DNA from: Lingula anatina
Taxonomy: Eukaryota; Animalia; Brachiopoda
Assembly (NCBI GenBank): GCA_051362555.1
Contig: CM120641.1
Coordinates: forward strand, 42,476,401 to 42,540,400
Length of the DNA stretch: 64,000 bases
Reading direction: 5' to 3'
Shown here: in pieces, positions 41,701-54,414 of the stretch
Layout: each line of letters opens with the position of its first letter
Numbering within the stretch: position 1 is the stretch's first letter
The notes under the pieces: model-generated
Databases searched by the model: none
What the model saw: the letters and a program-made list of their open reading frames with translations, nothing else
What the model was told of the DNA's origin: nothing
Translations under genes and position numbers: made by a program

Positions 41701-44700
41701 TGTAGTGTTAGCCTTTCATGATATTACTGCTGTCTTATTTTTAAAGGTCTAAAGAGAATCTTTTGTTAGTCTGGATTGCAGTTGATGTCACATATAGTAA
41801 TTGTGCTACCTGCTGCTTAACATATCATACATTGACACCAACCTTATTTATTTTATCAAGGTTTGACATCAACCTGCTCTGTAGCTCTGGTGACAACTCC
41901 TTCCACTTCAATCCCCGCTGGGACCAGAACGAGATTGTCCGTAATGCCAACCTTGGCGGCTGGGGTGGGGAGGAGAGAGAGGCGCCATTTTTCCCATTCC
42001 AAGCTGAGGAGATGTTTGATGTTTTGATCACAGCTGTGGAGGGGAAATACAGGGTAAGCTATAAGAAGAGGTTTGGTATGGTTTGATTTTTAAGGTCTCG
42101 TTCCCAATGAAACTATTGTATTACATAAATAGATCCAACTCCTTGGGGAATTCCAATTCCCTTGGGAATGAGCCCCAAGACTACAACTTAATTCTGTTTT
42201 CTTTGATGTTCTTTTGTATTTACACAAAAAATTAAAATTGTTAACCTCTTATTCAAATTTTAAGTAGATTATTATTGTTATCATTGTTTATAAATCAAGT
42301 ATTTCCTGTAGGTTTATGTGAATGGAGAGTATTTCCTGGACTTTGACTACCGTTGTGATGTCAATGATGTAGACAGGATTGAAATCAACGGAGATGTGGA
42401 GCTTATACAAGTGGAGTTCATGAAACACCAGGTTTGTGCATAGTCTGCAAAACTGTCCATTGGAAAGTAGAGTTAGTATTTAGACCCTTAGTGTAGTTCA
42501 TGGTACATTTAATGCAAATAGGGTAGCATTGTATAGCTGTTCTGTAGAAGTTCACATGGTCTTTAATCATTGAATTTTTATGATATTAGTTACAAATGAT
42601 ATTAATCATTTAATAAGAGAATTGATTTATCAGATTGTGTGTTGGCACAACCAAATTTATTTATCCAAATAATTTAAAGTTCAATTAATACCAGGGCAAA
42701 AAATGCACAATACTGTTATATGATATGACTAAGTTTTGTAAATAAAGAAATACTGAATATTTTGGTTGTGAAAATCTGTCGAGTTCTCAGCATGATTTCT
42801 GCTTTTCAACAAAATAATTGTACAATCATCATATTTACACTACGTCAGTCTGTGATAGATCTATAAATTTTTGTTGTTATTTGTAGGCCAAGCATCACTA
42901 CTGGGAAATCCCCCACAGTATTAGCCCAGGAGACTGTGTGGTGGTGAAAGGTGTGGTGAAAGAGGGGGCTGATAGGTAATGGAATTATATATGTATTTTT
43001 GTATACTTGAAATAAGAAACAAGCAGTACAGTTATCTTATTATATCCAGACCATCTTTGTGCCTACTTTAGTTTTGTGGCACAAAGAAAGATTGCATCAT
43101 TTGTGCCTTAAATGTTCTGTGCAACCTGTATAAAAAATGGGAATAAGTGAGAAATTAAGATTTATGGTAAAACTCCTGTTCCTGTGCACAAAGAGCCAAA
43201 GATACTTATCATAAGTCATATAAACTTAGTGATATGCAGGTTTGCAAGTGCAATTTTTTCTGACAAGTGTGTTACATGTTTTATCAATGTTTCTTTACAG
43301 ATTCCACATCAACCTTCAACAAGACCGTCATGGCGACTCCCCAATTGCTCTTCACTTCAACCCGCGCCAGGGTCAGGACACCATCGTACACAATCATTTT
43401 CAGGATGGAAATTGGGGTGAGGAGGAGAGGTGCGACTTTGACTCAGCTCTTGGCCATAACAAGCCATTCCTATTGGTCATCATGGCCACTGATGAAGATT
43501 ACAGGGTATGAGATTATTGCTCGATTTTCCTGTACTTTCGTTGGGACTGAAAAATCAGAAAACTTTTGGTATTTTCCTGGAATTTTTATCAACAGTTGTT
43601 TCAAAATGATGGGGGTGTAAACTACTCTTCTATGGGGGCTTAGGTTTTCAATTTGTCCAAATATCGTTATATTGTGATATTTGAAGTAGAATAATTTATA
43701 GAAGTCATCAGACAAAGAAATGTATAAATATTTAACATCATTGGCAGGTATTTTTGAATGGTAAGAAGCTGTCTGTGTTTAGCCACCGCATGCCAATGGA
43801 GGATGTCCGCTTTGTGGCCATTGATGGGGATGCAGATTTCTACACTGTCCAAGTGGTCAAGAACAAGGTAAGTATTTCAATTAATCTGTACTTGAATTAA
43901 TAAGTCATATTTTTTTCTGCTTAAAATGACATCTGAAATATATCAGAGTGAGCATACTTAAACTTTTTTTTTGCAATGGATTTATTTTATGTCTGCACAT
44001 ACATTTTTCTTAGTGGGTCAGATAATTTTTGTAGCAAAATGAGAATCATTTAATTCCAGTTCATCAGTATAATAACTACTGACTTTAAATAATGTGGTTC
44101 AGTTAAAGTTATTTTAACATTGGTTGGATTAATTTAAAGATGTGGGATGGATTACATGATAAAACTATAATTGAATTTGTTCAGAAACAATTTTTTAGCA
44201 CATTCACTTCTCTATGTGGCAACATATTTGCTTCTTAATGGGAGTTTCTTATGTAAGCAGACCAAAAATATTTTCCCTAGTGTCAGTTACATGTTCCTCA
44301 TGGTGGTCAGAAGAACACTGTTGATACATCCTAATAACTTTCACTTTATCTTCAGGGTCCCCAGGGTAGTCAGCTGATCCCTGGGGAGATGGTGGAGGAC
44401 AGGTGGATCACAGTCTGTGGTGCGGTTAACAATGATGCTGACAGGTAACTAGTGACCGAGGACATCTTTGTGTTATGATAGAAAGTGAAAACCAGTGTCC
44501 ACCCAGTGGTGATATTAATAGAATCAAGCAGGATTTAATTTTTTCAGTCAGTTTATCAACAACTTCTGGTGTGTGTGACAGCCTGACAGGGATATAAATC
44601 ATGTATTCCAATGGACATATGTAAAGTCTGGGGACAGCCCTCCCCCTACCCAACTGTGTGTTTGTTTTTTCATAAATATATTTGTAATTGCTACAGATTC

Positions 44701-45388
44701 CACATCAACCTGCAATGTGGTGAACCCTCTGAGGCAGACATTGCCCTGCACTTTAACCCACGAATGTCACAGGACTGCGTTGTCCGTAATTCCTTGGAAA
44801 ATGGCGGGTGGCAGGAGGAGGAGAGGGACGCTCCCTGCATGCCCTTCCCGCAGGGGGAAATCTTTGAGGTCGTCTTTGGGGTCAAGGAAGATAAGTTCAA
44901 GGTCAGTTTATGATGTAGAATAAATTAATGTCTTTGCACAGGCTGGTACAAGTAGAACTTACCATATACTGAAGATTACTTAAATTTGACATAAAAGTTG
45001 GCATTTGACTATAGATATGCTACAGTATTCATCTCACTTGTCTTTGATGACATGTTAGTGATAAACTACTATCAGATGTTAATTTGATTTTTAAAAATAA
45101 ATATTGTAATTGAACTGAATCTTGTGCTACTTTAAAAAATTTTTGTCATATTGTTGTCTGTGTTATCACCAATGTTAGTATAAAGTTATTGTTTACAGTT
45201 ACTAACAAAATTCAAAATTTTGAGATTCAATTTTAGCCAGTGTCTCACATTCTCACACTTTGTTTTTGTCTCAGGTATATGTGAATGGCCATCGCTTCAT
45301 AGAGTACTCTCATCGTATGCCAAGAGAAAGGATTACCCATGTAACCTGTGAGGGAGACGCTGCCTTTCTTCCAGTTATGTTTCAGTGA
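29744..45388 (+). CDS. Quadruple-CRD galectin with a probable short N-terminal extension
   Basis: Twelve CRD exons, three per domain: 40050-40138, 40458-40662, 41114-41233; 41458-41546, 41861-42053, 42312-42431; 42887-42975, 43301-43505, 43748-43867; 44356-44444, 44697-44901, 45275-45388. Each CRD has HFNPR..N..W..EER. Upstream exons 29744-29767 and 39616-39684 are less certain; the alternative start is the ATG at 40050. Confidence 0.9.
32009..35459. mobile_element. 3451-bp non-autonomous TIR DNA transposon with TA target duplication (Tc1/mariner/pogo-like)
   Basis: Left TIR cggtaaagtgccatgaatttcgaac; right TIR (reverse complement) cggtaatgtgccatgaatttcgaac, 24/25 identical. TA at 32007-32008 and 35460-35461. 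The empty site ggaattTAtgctg occurs in other core units. No transposase-length ORF. Confidence 0.88.
32488..32688. mobile_element. ~200-bp imperfect-palindrome MITE inside the TIR element
   Basis: Nested inverted arms: ttctcac..agatcgatcta / taggtcgatcta..tgagaa; ctagataactgtcag / ctgacagctatttag; ccccttaag / ctttaagggg. Confidence 0.55.
35632..37284 (+). mobile_element. HINE-like family A copy 3, nested within copy 2
   Basis: Complete 5' hairpin at 35633, expanded GTC/GCC/GAT microsatellite at 35681-35743, and 3' end gtctgtacatttgacagctttgctgccttgtt ending at 37284. Inserted in the T-run of tatgctgtttttt|cacttttttcagc with no TSD. Confidence 0.82.
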
Positions 45389-46331
45389 ATACACAAATCT
45401 AGAGAAGACAGTAATAGACATACTCTAGCTGCTTGGCCTTTGGGGAAAATAAGAGAAAATATTGGAAGAAATCAATCCGTCTGTTCTTCCCTACAAAAAG
45501 TATAGAAAATCCATCTGCTGCAATGTTTCTGTGATATGACTTTTCTTTGGTTTTTTTCATTTGATATCAACACCATCTATAATAAAAAAAGAAAACTTTA
45601 CAAATATGTTACAATTTGCTTTTCCCCCTATTCCTAAGCATTTGACATATTTCTGAAAGACCAGTTCCAGATGTTGGGGGTATAGACCTCTATTATGCTT
45701 GATATTTAAACCTACTGTCAAAAAGTTTTAGCCTGTTGAACTTATAAACTACATAAATGAGAAAAATAAATAGCCCAAATCTTAATTTTAATTAATAATC
45801 TTTAACCTTAATTTTAATTAATATCAAAATCAGCACCTTCCAGTAGGAGCACACTGTCTTTTAATCTTATCAAGCTACACAGGTGCACCACAGTAAGGTG
45901 CATGATTTTGTTTTTTTAAGAAGCGGAAGAATACCAATTGTAAAAAATGAATAATTTATTTTATTAGATTTACAAACAACGTATAAAATACTGACGGATG
46001 GTACTGTACTTGTATAAAGAATTTTATACCATGATGCCACTATACAACAGGCCCTTGAAAATAACACCATAAACATGGGTAAATTTATTCAAACAACGAT
46101 GTTGCATATTTATGTAAAATGTGGAATAAGCATGCACATCGTACTTTCGTGTCTCCGTTTCAGCGAGTCTTGTAACAGTAACAAAGAGTATCCATTTTAA
46201 TTACGGGAAAGTTTCTTGTATGTGATTGATCCCGATGTCGATTCCTGTAAACATTCCGTAGATTGAACTTCTAAGAGTTTTTTAATTGCACAATTTGTGA
46301 CCTCTGCAAAATCTGAATATGTCACTTTTTT

Positions 46332-48035
46332 TCAGTCTTGATTCTTTCTACCTCTTGCGCAGCTCGTCAACCATGAGAGAAATTGCCTCAGCCAGTTCCC
46401 GTTCTTCTTATTTGAACATTGGGTCTCCCTCGTCTGCGCAGGAACTGTCTCTAAAAAAGATAACAAAAAACATTGCTTGTTATACTTAAATTAACAAAAG
46501 TTATTTTAATATCTTAGTAGATTATGGCGCCTATAAAAATATAATATTGTAAAATGGAAGATTTTGTGAAACGGTAAAAAAAGCTTTTTAAGCATGACTT
46601 TCTATCTGTAACATTTTTTCTTTTGCCAAGGAAACCTCTTACACAGATTGACAAAAAATTGCTACAGAAAAGCTACTGAAGTCGAGGCGTTTTAGTTCAC
46701 ACACCTTTCTCCTCTGGCATTTCAATCTCCTCCCAGACTGCCTTTATGTCTCTGTACTCTACTCTTCTCCTCCATCCATCCTGGGTCTGACGCAACCTCT
46801 CTAAGTCTTTCTTAACAGAAGTGTCTACGCCAGTCATGTTATGAACACTGGAGATTAAATAAAAAGAAACTTTACGCCTAATTGGAAAAAAAAACATTCT
46901 GGGAAATTTACAATAACTACGGTAGTATAGTTACATCAGATCTACGCAATGAATTTAAAAAAAAGTCAAGTGTGAGTCATCTTATGATGATGAAAGTAAA
47001 AAGTGAGACTAGGAAAGACGGGGGACGTGCAGGTACCCTGATTCAGCTTTTTAAAAAGCTTGGGAATGTTTCAGTGGTTTATATACCTAATTGGAGGCTT
47101 TGTAGTCGTTTCGTCCACGCTCTTCTTCGCTCCCTCAAATCCCTCATCCTTTTTCAGTTCCTGTCGTTCTTTCTTCATCAGTTGATCTTCATCAACCCCT
47201 CTGGTTTCTATCTCCTCCGTGATGATGGGGATTTTCATAAAAGCAAGGAACTTCTCCGTGATGTCTGGCCGTGGAATGTCTCCCGCTCTCCACCTCTCTG
47301 CCATCCCTATCATGGCTTCCCAAAACATGCCCGACGTCCCAGACGCACAGTCCAGTGTTCGTACGAAGCCATGTTTAGGTCGGTCCAGAGGGCAAGTCCA
47401 TCCGGCATCTTTTATATCTTTCACCTACAAAAACAATAATTTTGTGAAAACGAAAAATATTCAGTAATGCTTTGAAATGTTATTTTATGTATAGCATATG
47501 ATGGGACTATTCACATCACGTACCTGTAGGCCTACGTCTCACACTCGTCAATCAAAACAAAAGTAAATTTAATTAAAATTTCCGAGGTAAATCCCGGTGT
47601 AAGGATTCAGAATTTTAAATATATTTTTCCCTTTCAAAAAAAAATTAAAATGTCTCGAAACAATAAAACGGTAAAAGTATAATCAATATATTGAAAGAAA
47701 ACGGAGGAAAAAATGTGTAGGCCCATATGTACTTACCGCAGTGTAGTGACATTTGACAGGCGGGGCATAATGGCATAACTCTTTTCCATTATTTTTCACT
47801 TGAATATGAAAAGAATATGAAACTTAAGATGAATAATGGAAATTAAGATAACTAATGAAATATAAATGAATAAAAATGAAAATCGAAGAAACGAAAAAGA
47901 ATGAAGATAAAATATTGAGAGGAAAAATAGAGAAGGGTATGGTTATTTTTAGATAGAACTTAATCGAAGAACAGTGGAGATATACTTACCATCATCAAAC
48001 TTTTCTTTATCAATACTGTCTACTCCGAATTCCAT
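46332..48035 (-). CDS. Unrecognised 5-exon gene, 235-aa charged protein
   Basis: Exons 48035-47990, 47798-47737, 47424-47087, 46847-46705 and 46450-46332 (46+62+338+143+119=708 nt) are all GT-AG with matching phases and give one open frame MEFGVDSIDKEKFDD...WLRQFLSWLTSCARGRKNQD*. Confidence 0.72.
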
Positions 48036-49209
48036 ATTCGTCACTTATGTGATTTATACTGAATCTAAAAATGTAAAAAATATTGATTATGCGAGGGTTG
48101 ATTTCTTGGGATGCAGGTGAAGTAATACACTTGTCAGAAACTCAAATGAACTAAGAACACTCAAATGATGTGGTAAAGAATGTTGACACGGAAATCTACT
48201 TGGGGGGGGGGGGGCAGAAATAAAAAAAATAGAAAAAATAAAATAAAATGAAATAAAATAAATTCAACAATAAAGAGAAACACGAATTTGCTAATGATAC
48301 AAAAGTTTTTGATTGGGATTTTTCAATCAATCTCAAAATACGTGCCTTCATTTTTTTTTTTTTTTTACGTTTTTAACACGTATGCCTACAACCTTTCAGA
48401 ATTTAAAAACCACCTTTGTTGCAAAGTGCTTACGTGAACTGTTCTTGCATAAGACATAACTTATATATATAAATGTATAAATGTTTTCAGGCAGATTTTC
48501 CTTACTAAGTATGTGCAGTGGTACTTACCTAAATCATAAAAACCGCAATTCTGACTGTGTCGTTGCTATGTGCGCTCGATCTGTGATTGGTCAAAACGTC
48601 ATAATCGTGGTCTATGACGTTTTATATCTTTTGATGACGCTAATATTGGGAAATTTCATTATCGTGGTTTTGCATTGTCCATCACATATAGGGCGATTTT
48701 CGCATAAGCCTACGCCCCCCCCCCCCCCCCCAAAAAAAAAAAAAAAAAAAGAAGAAATCTTAACCATGTTTTGGAGAGCAAACAGTGCTTTTTTGTACGG
48801 TTTAGAACTATATATTAGTTATTCAAAATTCCAATTTCAAGAGGGGAATATTGGTGCGATATATTTTTCAGAAACCGTTTGGATGTCATGGGAATGTCCA
48901 CACTTTAACTCACACCCCTGATTTTAAGAACTGATAATAAGAACTCCTTTGGCTCAAAATGGTTGGGGATATGAGGAAATTGTCATTAGTGAACTTTGCA
49001 GTTAAAATATTATATGTAGGCCTAAATGTTCAATTTGTTAACTAAATTTTGACTTTTTGTTCAGTTCTCATCGCCACAAGACTGAAAGCTGCGTGAAACT
49101 GAAAGTGATTTATGGCGTTGAAAACCGATTTTGTAGGCAAACTAAAATCAGATCACTAAGTTTAATTTGAAATTATTTAGTTCTATGCTTAGAGAAAGAT
49201 GAGTTAAAG

Positions 49210-49246
49210 CAAGGAGTTATAACAGAAATTCTGTTATAACTCCTTG
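49210..49246. repeat. Perfect 37-bp hairpin, probable collapsed TIR element
   Basis: caaggagttataacagaa-a-ttctgttataactccttg; the same termini form a 20-bp palindrome at 57959-57978. Confidence 0.7.
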
Positions 49247-49620
49247 GTTAAAAGCAATTATAAGTTTTGCGTACTTTCACCATAGCCAACGGTTAGATGA
49301 AGATGCGCGTATTTGCACCTTCATGCCTTATATATTTATATCCGCGGGCCAAGACGGATTAAGTTTATAATTTTTGTCGAAAGATAAAAAACCCAAGATC
49401 TGCATTCAAACAGAACCCATTGGTACAATATTAGTAGGCCCTAATTTTTGAGCAATGTATTTACGTTTGACATTTTAGCGAGGGTGCTTTTTATGCAAAT
49501 AGAAATGAAAATGTGCTAGCGAAGACCAGCAAGCGGATTTCCAGTAAAACTGGGTCAACCGGATCTATACTGATTACCGGCTTTCTTTACAGTTACAGTA
49601 CTCTCTGGCTGTGAGTGAAC

Positions 49621-50220
49621 ATGCAGGATTTTCAATTTCCAGAATTCGACATTTTCGCCGTCCGGTGGCCGTGGATTCTTGCAGCTATTGTAGGTGTTGT
49701 TTATGGATTAAAGTAAGTGAAGATAGGGCCTGATGATGGTTGTTGACTGTGAGCGTGACTGCGTGAGTGAACACAACAAGATTTTTTCGGACTAGATGTT
49801 GCCAAGCATAAACATGACGAAAATTTACAGTGCTTAGTGTTTCAGTCAGTTTAATAGAAATGGGACTTTAATATATCAAGTGTTAAAACAAGCACGTGTT
49901 TTGAGTGCGCATCCTGGGACTGGGTGGGGCGAGACTGCCTCAGTGTAATTAGTGTCGTACTTGTACCTGTAAGTGCAAGGTGTTACGCTGTTCATCATCT
50001 ATACCAGCTTGGCTACATGTGGCAGAGTAAGACCAACTTTAGGCAAAGTGATTGCTAGTAGGGGTTTCAAATTCCTATAGCCTTTTTTTGCTTTATAAGT
50101 CCTCCGTAACCCCCCCCCCCCCCATCTTTCCCCTTCGATTCACACAGCCAGTACATATCCCAATCATTATTCATTATAGGAGTGCTTAATGCATATATTT
50201 TGTGCTCTCTCTCTCTCTCT

Positions 50221-50289
<69 letters not shown>

Positions 50290-53200
50290 ACATCAAGGGG
50301 GAGGGAGGGACTGTTTTCAGTTTTATAACTAATATCCTGTTATTAAAATAATATGTTCCTTAGGAAATAAAAAATGTAATTTACAAAAGAAGTTAAATGC
50401 AGATTTGAGAAATTGTGTTCAAGGCTAAAATATCTAAACTGCTTTAAGATACACAACCAGCATTGCCACAAAAGCCTGTCAGAGAACTATTAGTTATGAT
50501 GTGCATCCTGCTTAAAAACTCACACCTGTGTGTCACTTAATTGTTAATTGTGTTTTAATTAGGAGCTATATGAAAGGTGGACAATGTGTAAGCAGAGCCA
50601 GGTTAAAGGGGAAGGTTGTGATTGTGACTGGGGCCAATTCAGGAATTGGAAAAGAGACTGCCATAGACCTTGCAAGAAGAGGTAACTTTGCTAAAATGAT
50701 TTCTTTGTTGACACACTTGTCAAGAGTAATGTTTTGTTTGACCTGTTGTCAAACTTTGTAGAAAGATGTGTCTCACTGTAATGACACAATTATAATTCAA
50801 GATGTTATGTCAGTACTACAGACTAACGTAGATACATGCTTTCATTTTCCTCTGATAACTGTAATGCCTTTTTTAATATTTTTTTCTGTTGATTTTAACA
50901 GTTTTTGCTATCAACATTCCAGGCGCTAAGGTATATATTGCATGCCGAGATGAAGAAAAAGGAAAAACTGCTGAAGCCAGTGTGAGAAAATTGTCCAAAA
51001 ATGAAAATGTTTTCTTCATGAAGTTAGACCTGGCTTCATTCAAGTCAGTGAGGGATTTTGCAGCAGCATTCAACAAGAGTAAGTGTGTATATTTATATGT
51101 TTTTGTACAACACGGCTGTGTGGTAAATACAGATTCTAATTTGAAAAATGTTCATAAAAGCAATACTATGAAATATGAAATAAGTAATCTTTTGTATGCT
51201 ACTATATATAGTGATAGCATTTTCTTCAGGTTTACAAAAATATGTTCACTTAAATATTGAAGCTGTATTTTTACTTTAACTCAGTCACTAGAACTACATG
51301 TAATGGCATAGAAAATGGAAAAAGGGGTTTGATTACCATTATGTTAACAGTTGGATTGATTATGTCAATTTACCAGTATTCTTGCTTTGACAAGATTAAC
51401 AGAAGAAAGGAGCACATTAACCTGTGATCAATAGTGAAATTAATGATATCATTGTAAATCAAAGCCGCTCATTTCCTTGGAATCTGGTCAGGGTATTAGT
51501 CATGTTTAAAATCTGTGTCTGTGCATAAGGCTGTGAGGCCACATATTGATCAGCTATTGATTCAGCACTGGAATATAGCTGCAGGTAGTAGTACAGTTGG
51601 CATTGCAAAAGCGAAAGAGCTAGGGTTCTTAAGAAACTTGCCTCCTCCCCCTCCTCACCATGTCAGTTATAGGTATATGAAGCTGGAGAGACTGAGAGAA
51701 CCCCCCTTCTCCCCCCCCTCACCCTCACCCACCCCCACCCCCGCATTTATTTAGAGGTGATATTGCTGGATAAGCATATAGCAATGTTCTTTCACATTTT
51801 ATTGTGAATATGCACATTTTCACAAAAGGCAGACCCAAGCACATTTTCACAAAAGGCAGACCCTAATTTGGTTCTAAGTACTTGTATCATGATGATAGGC
51901 TGCATGTAAATTTCATTGTGGTAGAGATGACAGATGGATGAGCATGTAGCATTGTTCTGATGTAAGTGTTGTGTGAACTGTGGTCTTGACCATAGACTTC
52001 AATATTCTGAACCATTGGTACATGACAACGTACAGAACAGTGGTGAATGAGGAAAAGGCAATGGTTCTAGTAAGCACTGGTCACATAAATTGTGCAACAC
52101 TTGGTAAATATGGGTCTTTGTTCGCCTTTGCATGTTGCAGGTCATTTTCACCCCCTTTGCTCTCCCCTTCTTTTTCTTATAAAAAGAAAAAGAAATGCCA
52201 TTTCTCTTTTTTTTTTCTGTCAAAGCAGTATCGAATTGCTGGCATTCATTTATTGTTTGTTTTCATTTTATCAAATTGATTGTTTATTTGTCTTAAGAGA
52301 ATAATGACATAGTGAACATATAAAAATTGAAGGCTGTAAATGTAGCTTGGTAGACCTTGCTATTGTTAATCATGAACTATCAGTATAAAATTAAAAAAAA
52401 AACAACAAAGTAAATCTGCAGCAGCATGTGTTGTTTGCTCCCCAAAAATTTAAATTGCTAAAAAATTTCATCTTAGCCACCACCATATAATTATATTAAG
52501 GATGTGTCACAGTTATTTATTAATTTATTTTTTTCAATTTCAGAGGAAGACCAGTTGCACATTCTGGTGAACAATGGGGGAATAATGCTGTGGCCAAAAA
52601 GCAAATCAGAAGATGGATTTGAACTGCATATGGCAACTAATTATTTAGGTTTGTAATATTCTAGTCGGTGCCCTTTTTACTTACAGTTTTTTTATAAAAC
52701 AGGGATTTATTCTCCAGTATCAGTTTAAAAAGTCTGACAACTTGGGAAGTGTTATCGGGTAAAAAGTATGTTTTTACAATGGTTATGTAGTTACATTATT
52801 TATTTTTATTAGGTACCTTCTTACTTACCCATTTATTGTTGGACCTTTTGAAGTCGTCTGCTCCTAGTCGTATAGTGTGTGTCTCAGCAACTGCATATCA
52901 GTTAGGTACAATGAGGTGAGTTTTAGGATTTATTTCGTAGTATTCAATATCATACCAAAAATAGTTCATTTGACATCACCGGACAACCCAATCACTTCAA
53001 GGTATTCTGTGCAGGATTGTCTCACCAAATCTAATTTTCTTCAAAAGAGATTTTCTGTATGTATTTTGTATATATGAGTTCACAAATTCTAAATAATTCA
53101 TTTTCAGGTTAAATGACATAAACCTTGAAGAGGAGGAGTATACACCTGGTAAAGCCTACTCCCATAGCAAATTGGCTCTGATGTTGTTTGCTAGAAAGTT

Positions 53201-54318
53201 AAGCAAGGAATTGGAAGGTAAATCAAATAAATAATCAATTTGATTTAATTTTTTAAAGCAATTTACAAACTGCTATGGATACTTTTTACCAAAATTTACC
53301 AAAAACTGATTTAGTTGGAGAATGTGAGTTGTCTTGCAAAATAAATAAAGAAGTAAATAAATAAATAATGGGTGACATGATTGGATTTAGCCTAGAATCT
53401 GGCACAACCAACAACATTTGTAATCCAGAGAGATGGTGAAAAATAAAGGGTATTCAGTTGTTTTCACAAGAAAATGCTTTTTATCTTGATCCTGCACTGT
53501 TATGTTATCTAAAAGAGCTTCTTTTGTACTCATTGTACTAAAAAATAGTTGTGTTTTGGTTGAGTTGTTGAGCATGCATTTTCAGAAGCAGTTGATTAAG
53601 TCAGCACATTTTTTTTCTGTATGTGACCCCAACATGTTTGTGTCATTGTCTTTAATAACTTTTCCAGGCACTGGGGTAACGGTGAATACTTTGCACCCAG
53701 GAGTTGTAAAAACTCAAGCCCATCGCCACATGCCTTTCAGAAGTAACTTTTTTGTTGCTCTGTGTTTTGCACCCTTTGTGTTTGTACTGATGAAGCCAGC
53801 CGTGGATGGAGCTCAAACTGTTATCCACTTGGCAGTGGCAGAGGAACTGGAGAAAGTATCTGGAAAATATTTTGTGTAAGGGGTGCTTGGTATTAATGGA
53901 ATCAGTAATGAAAGATATATGTTATGTAAAGGAAAATGCTACTCAAAGGACGTTTAAAGTTAATTTTGCCATTAGGTGTTATGTTATGAATTATGAAATT
54001 TAATTGAGAAATAGATTTCAAGAAGAGCTTTTTTGGAAGCTCGGCAAAACCAAAAGCTTACATTTGTCTGTGTGCTTACTTTCTTTTCCTAACTCATTTC
54101 TTTATCAACGTGCAGATTATGTGCATGCCGCTGACTGGGAAAATGTATAAAATATCTGATATTGCTATGTTTTCAGTGACTGTGAGGTTAAAGATGAAGA
54201 CCCTGTTGCCAAGGATGATGAGACAGCAGACCGTCTTTGGGCACTGACCATGAAGTGGGTTGGGCTTGCAGAAGCAGATGACAAAGAGGAAAAGGAGGAG
54301 GATGAAAATGAAGATTGA
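49621..54318 (+). CDS. Retinol dehydrogenase 11/12/13-like short-chain dehydrogenase/reductase
   Basis: Exons 49621-49712, 50563-50681, 50923-51078, 52544-52648, 52813-52915, 53108-53217, 53668-53875 and 54177-54318. N-terminal hydrophobic anchor, TGANSGIG, LDLASFKSVR, LVNNGG, YSHSK (YxxxK), LHPGVVKT, SGKYFVDC, and an acidic tail. Confidence 0.93.
50205..50292. repeat. Compound (CT)n(CA)n microsatellite
   Basis: Read directly; a shorter one is at ~7905-7947. Confidence 0.9.
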
Positions 54319-54380
54319 CATGGATGATTGATGGATAGGCGGGACTTTCTTAAACAGCTGGCATGGAAAGTGAAGAAACA

Positions 54381-54414
<34 letters not shown>
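54381..54414. repeat. (GAT)n microsatellite in the RDH 3' UTR
   Basis: 11 GAT units. Confidence 0.9.

Noticed and set aside
47737-47789. Alternative ATG (MEKSYAIMPRL...) for the unrecognised gene
   Set aside because: Splicing it to the next exon gives an immediate stop; the frame from 48035 is the consistent one.
51813-51863. 27-bp-period direct duplication in an RDH intron
   Set aside because: Ordinary local slippage with no further structure.
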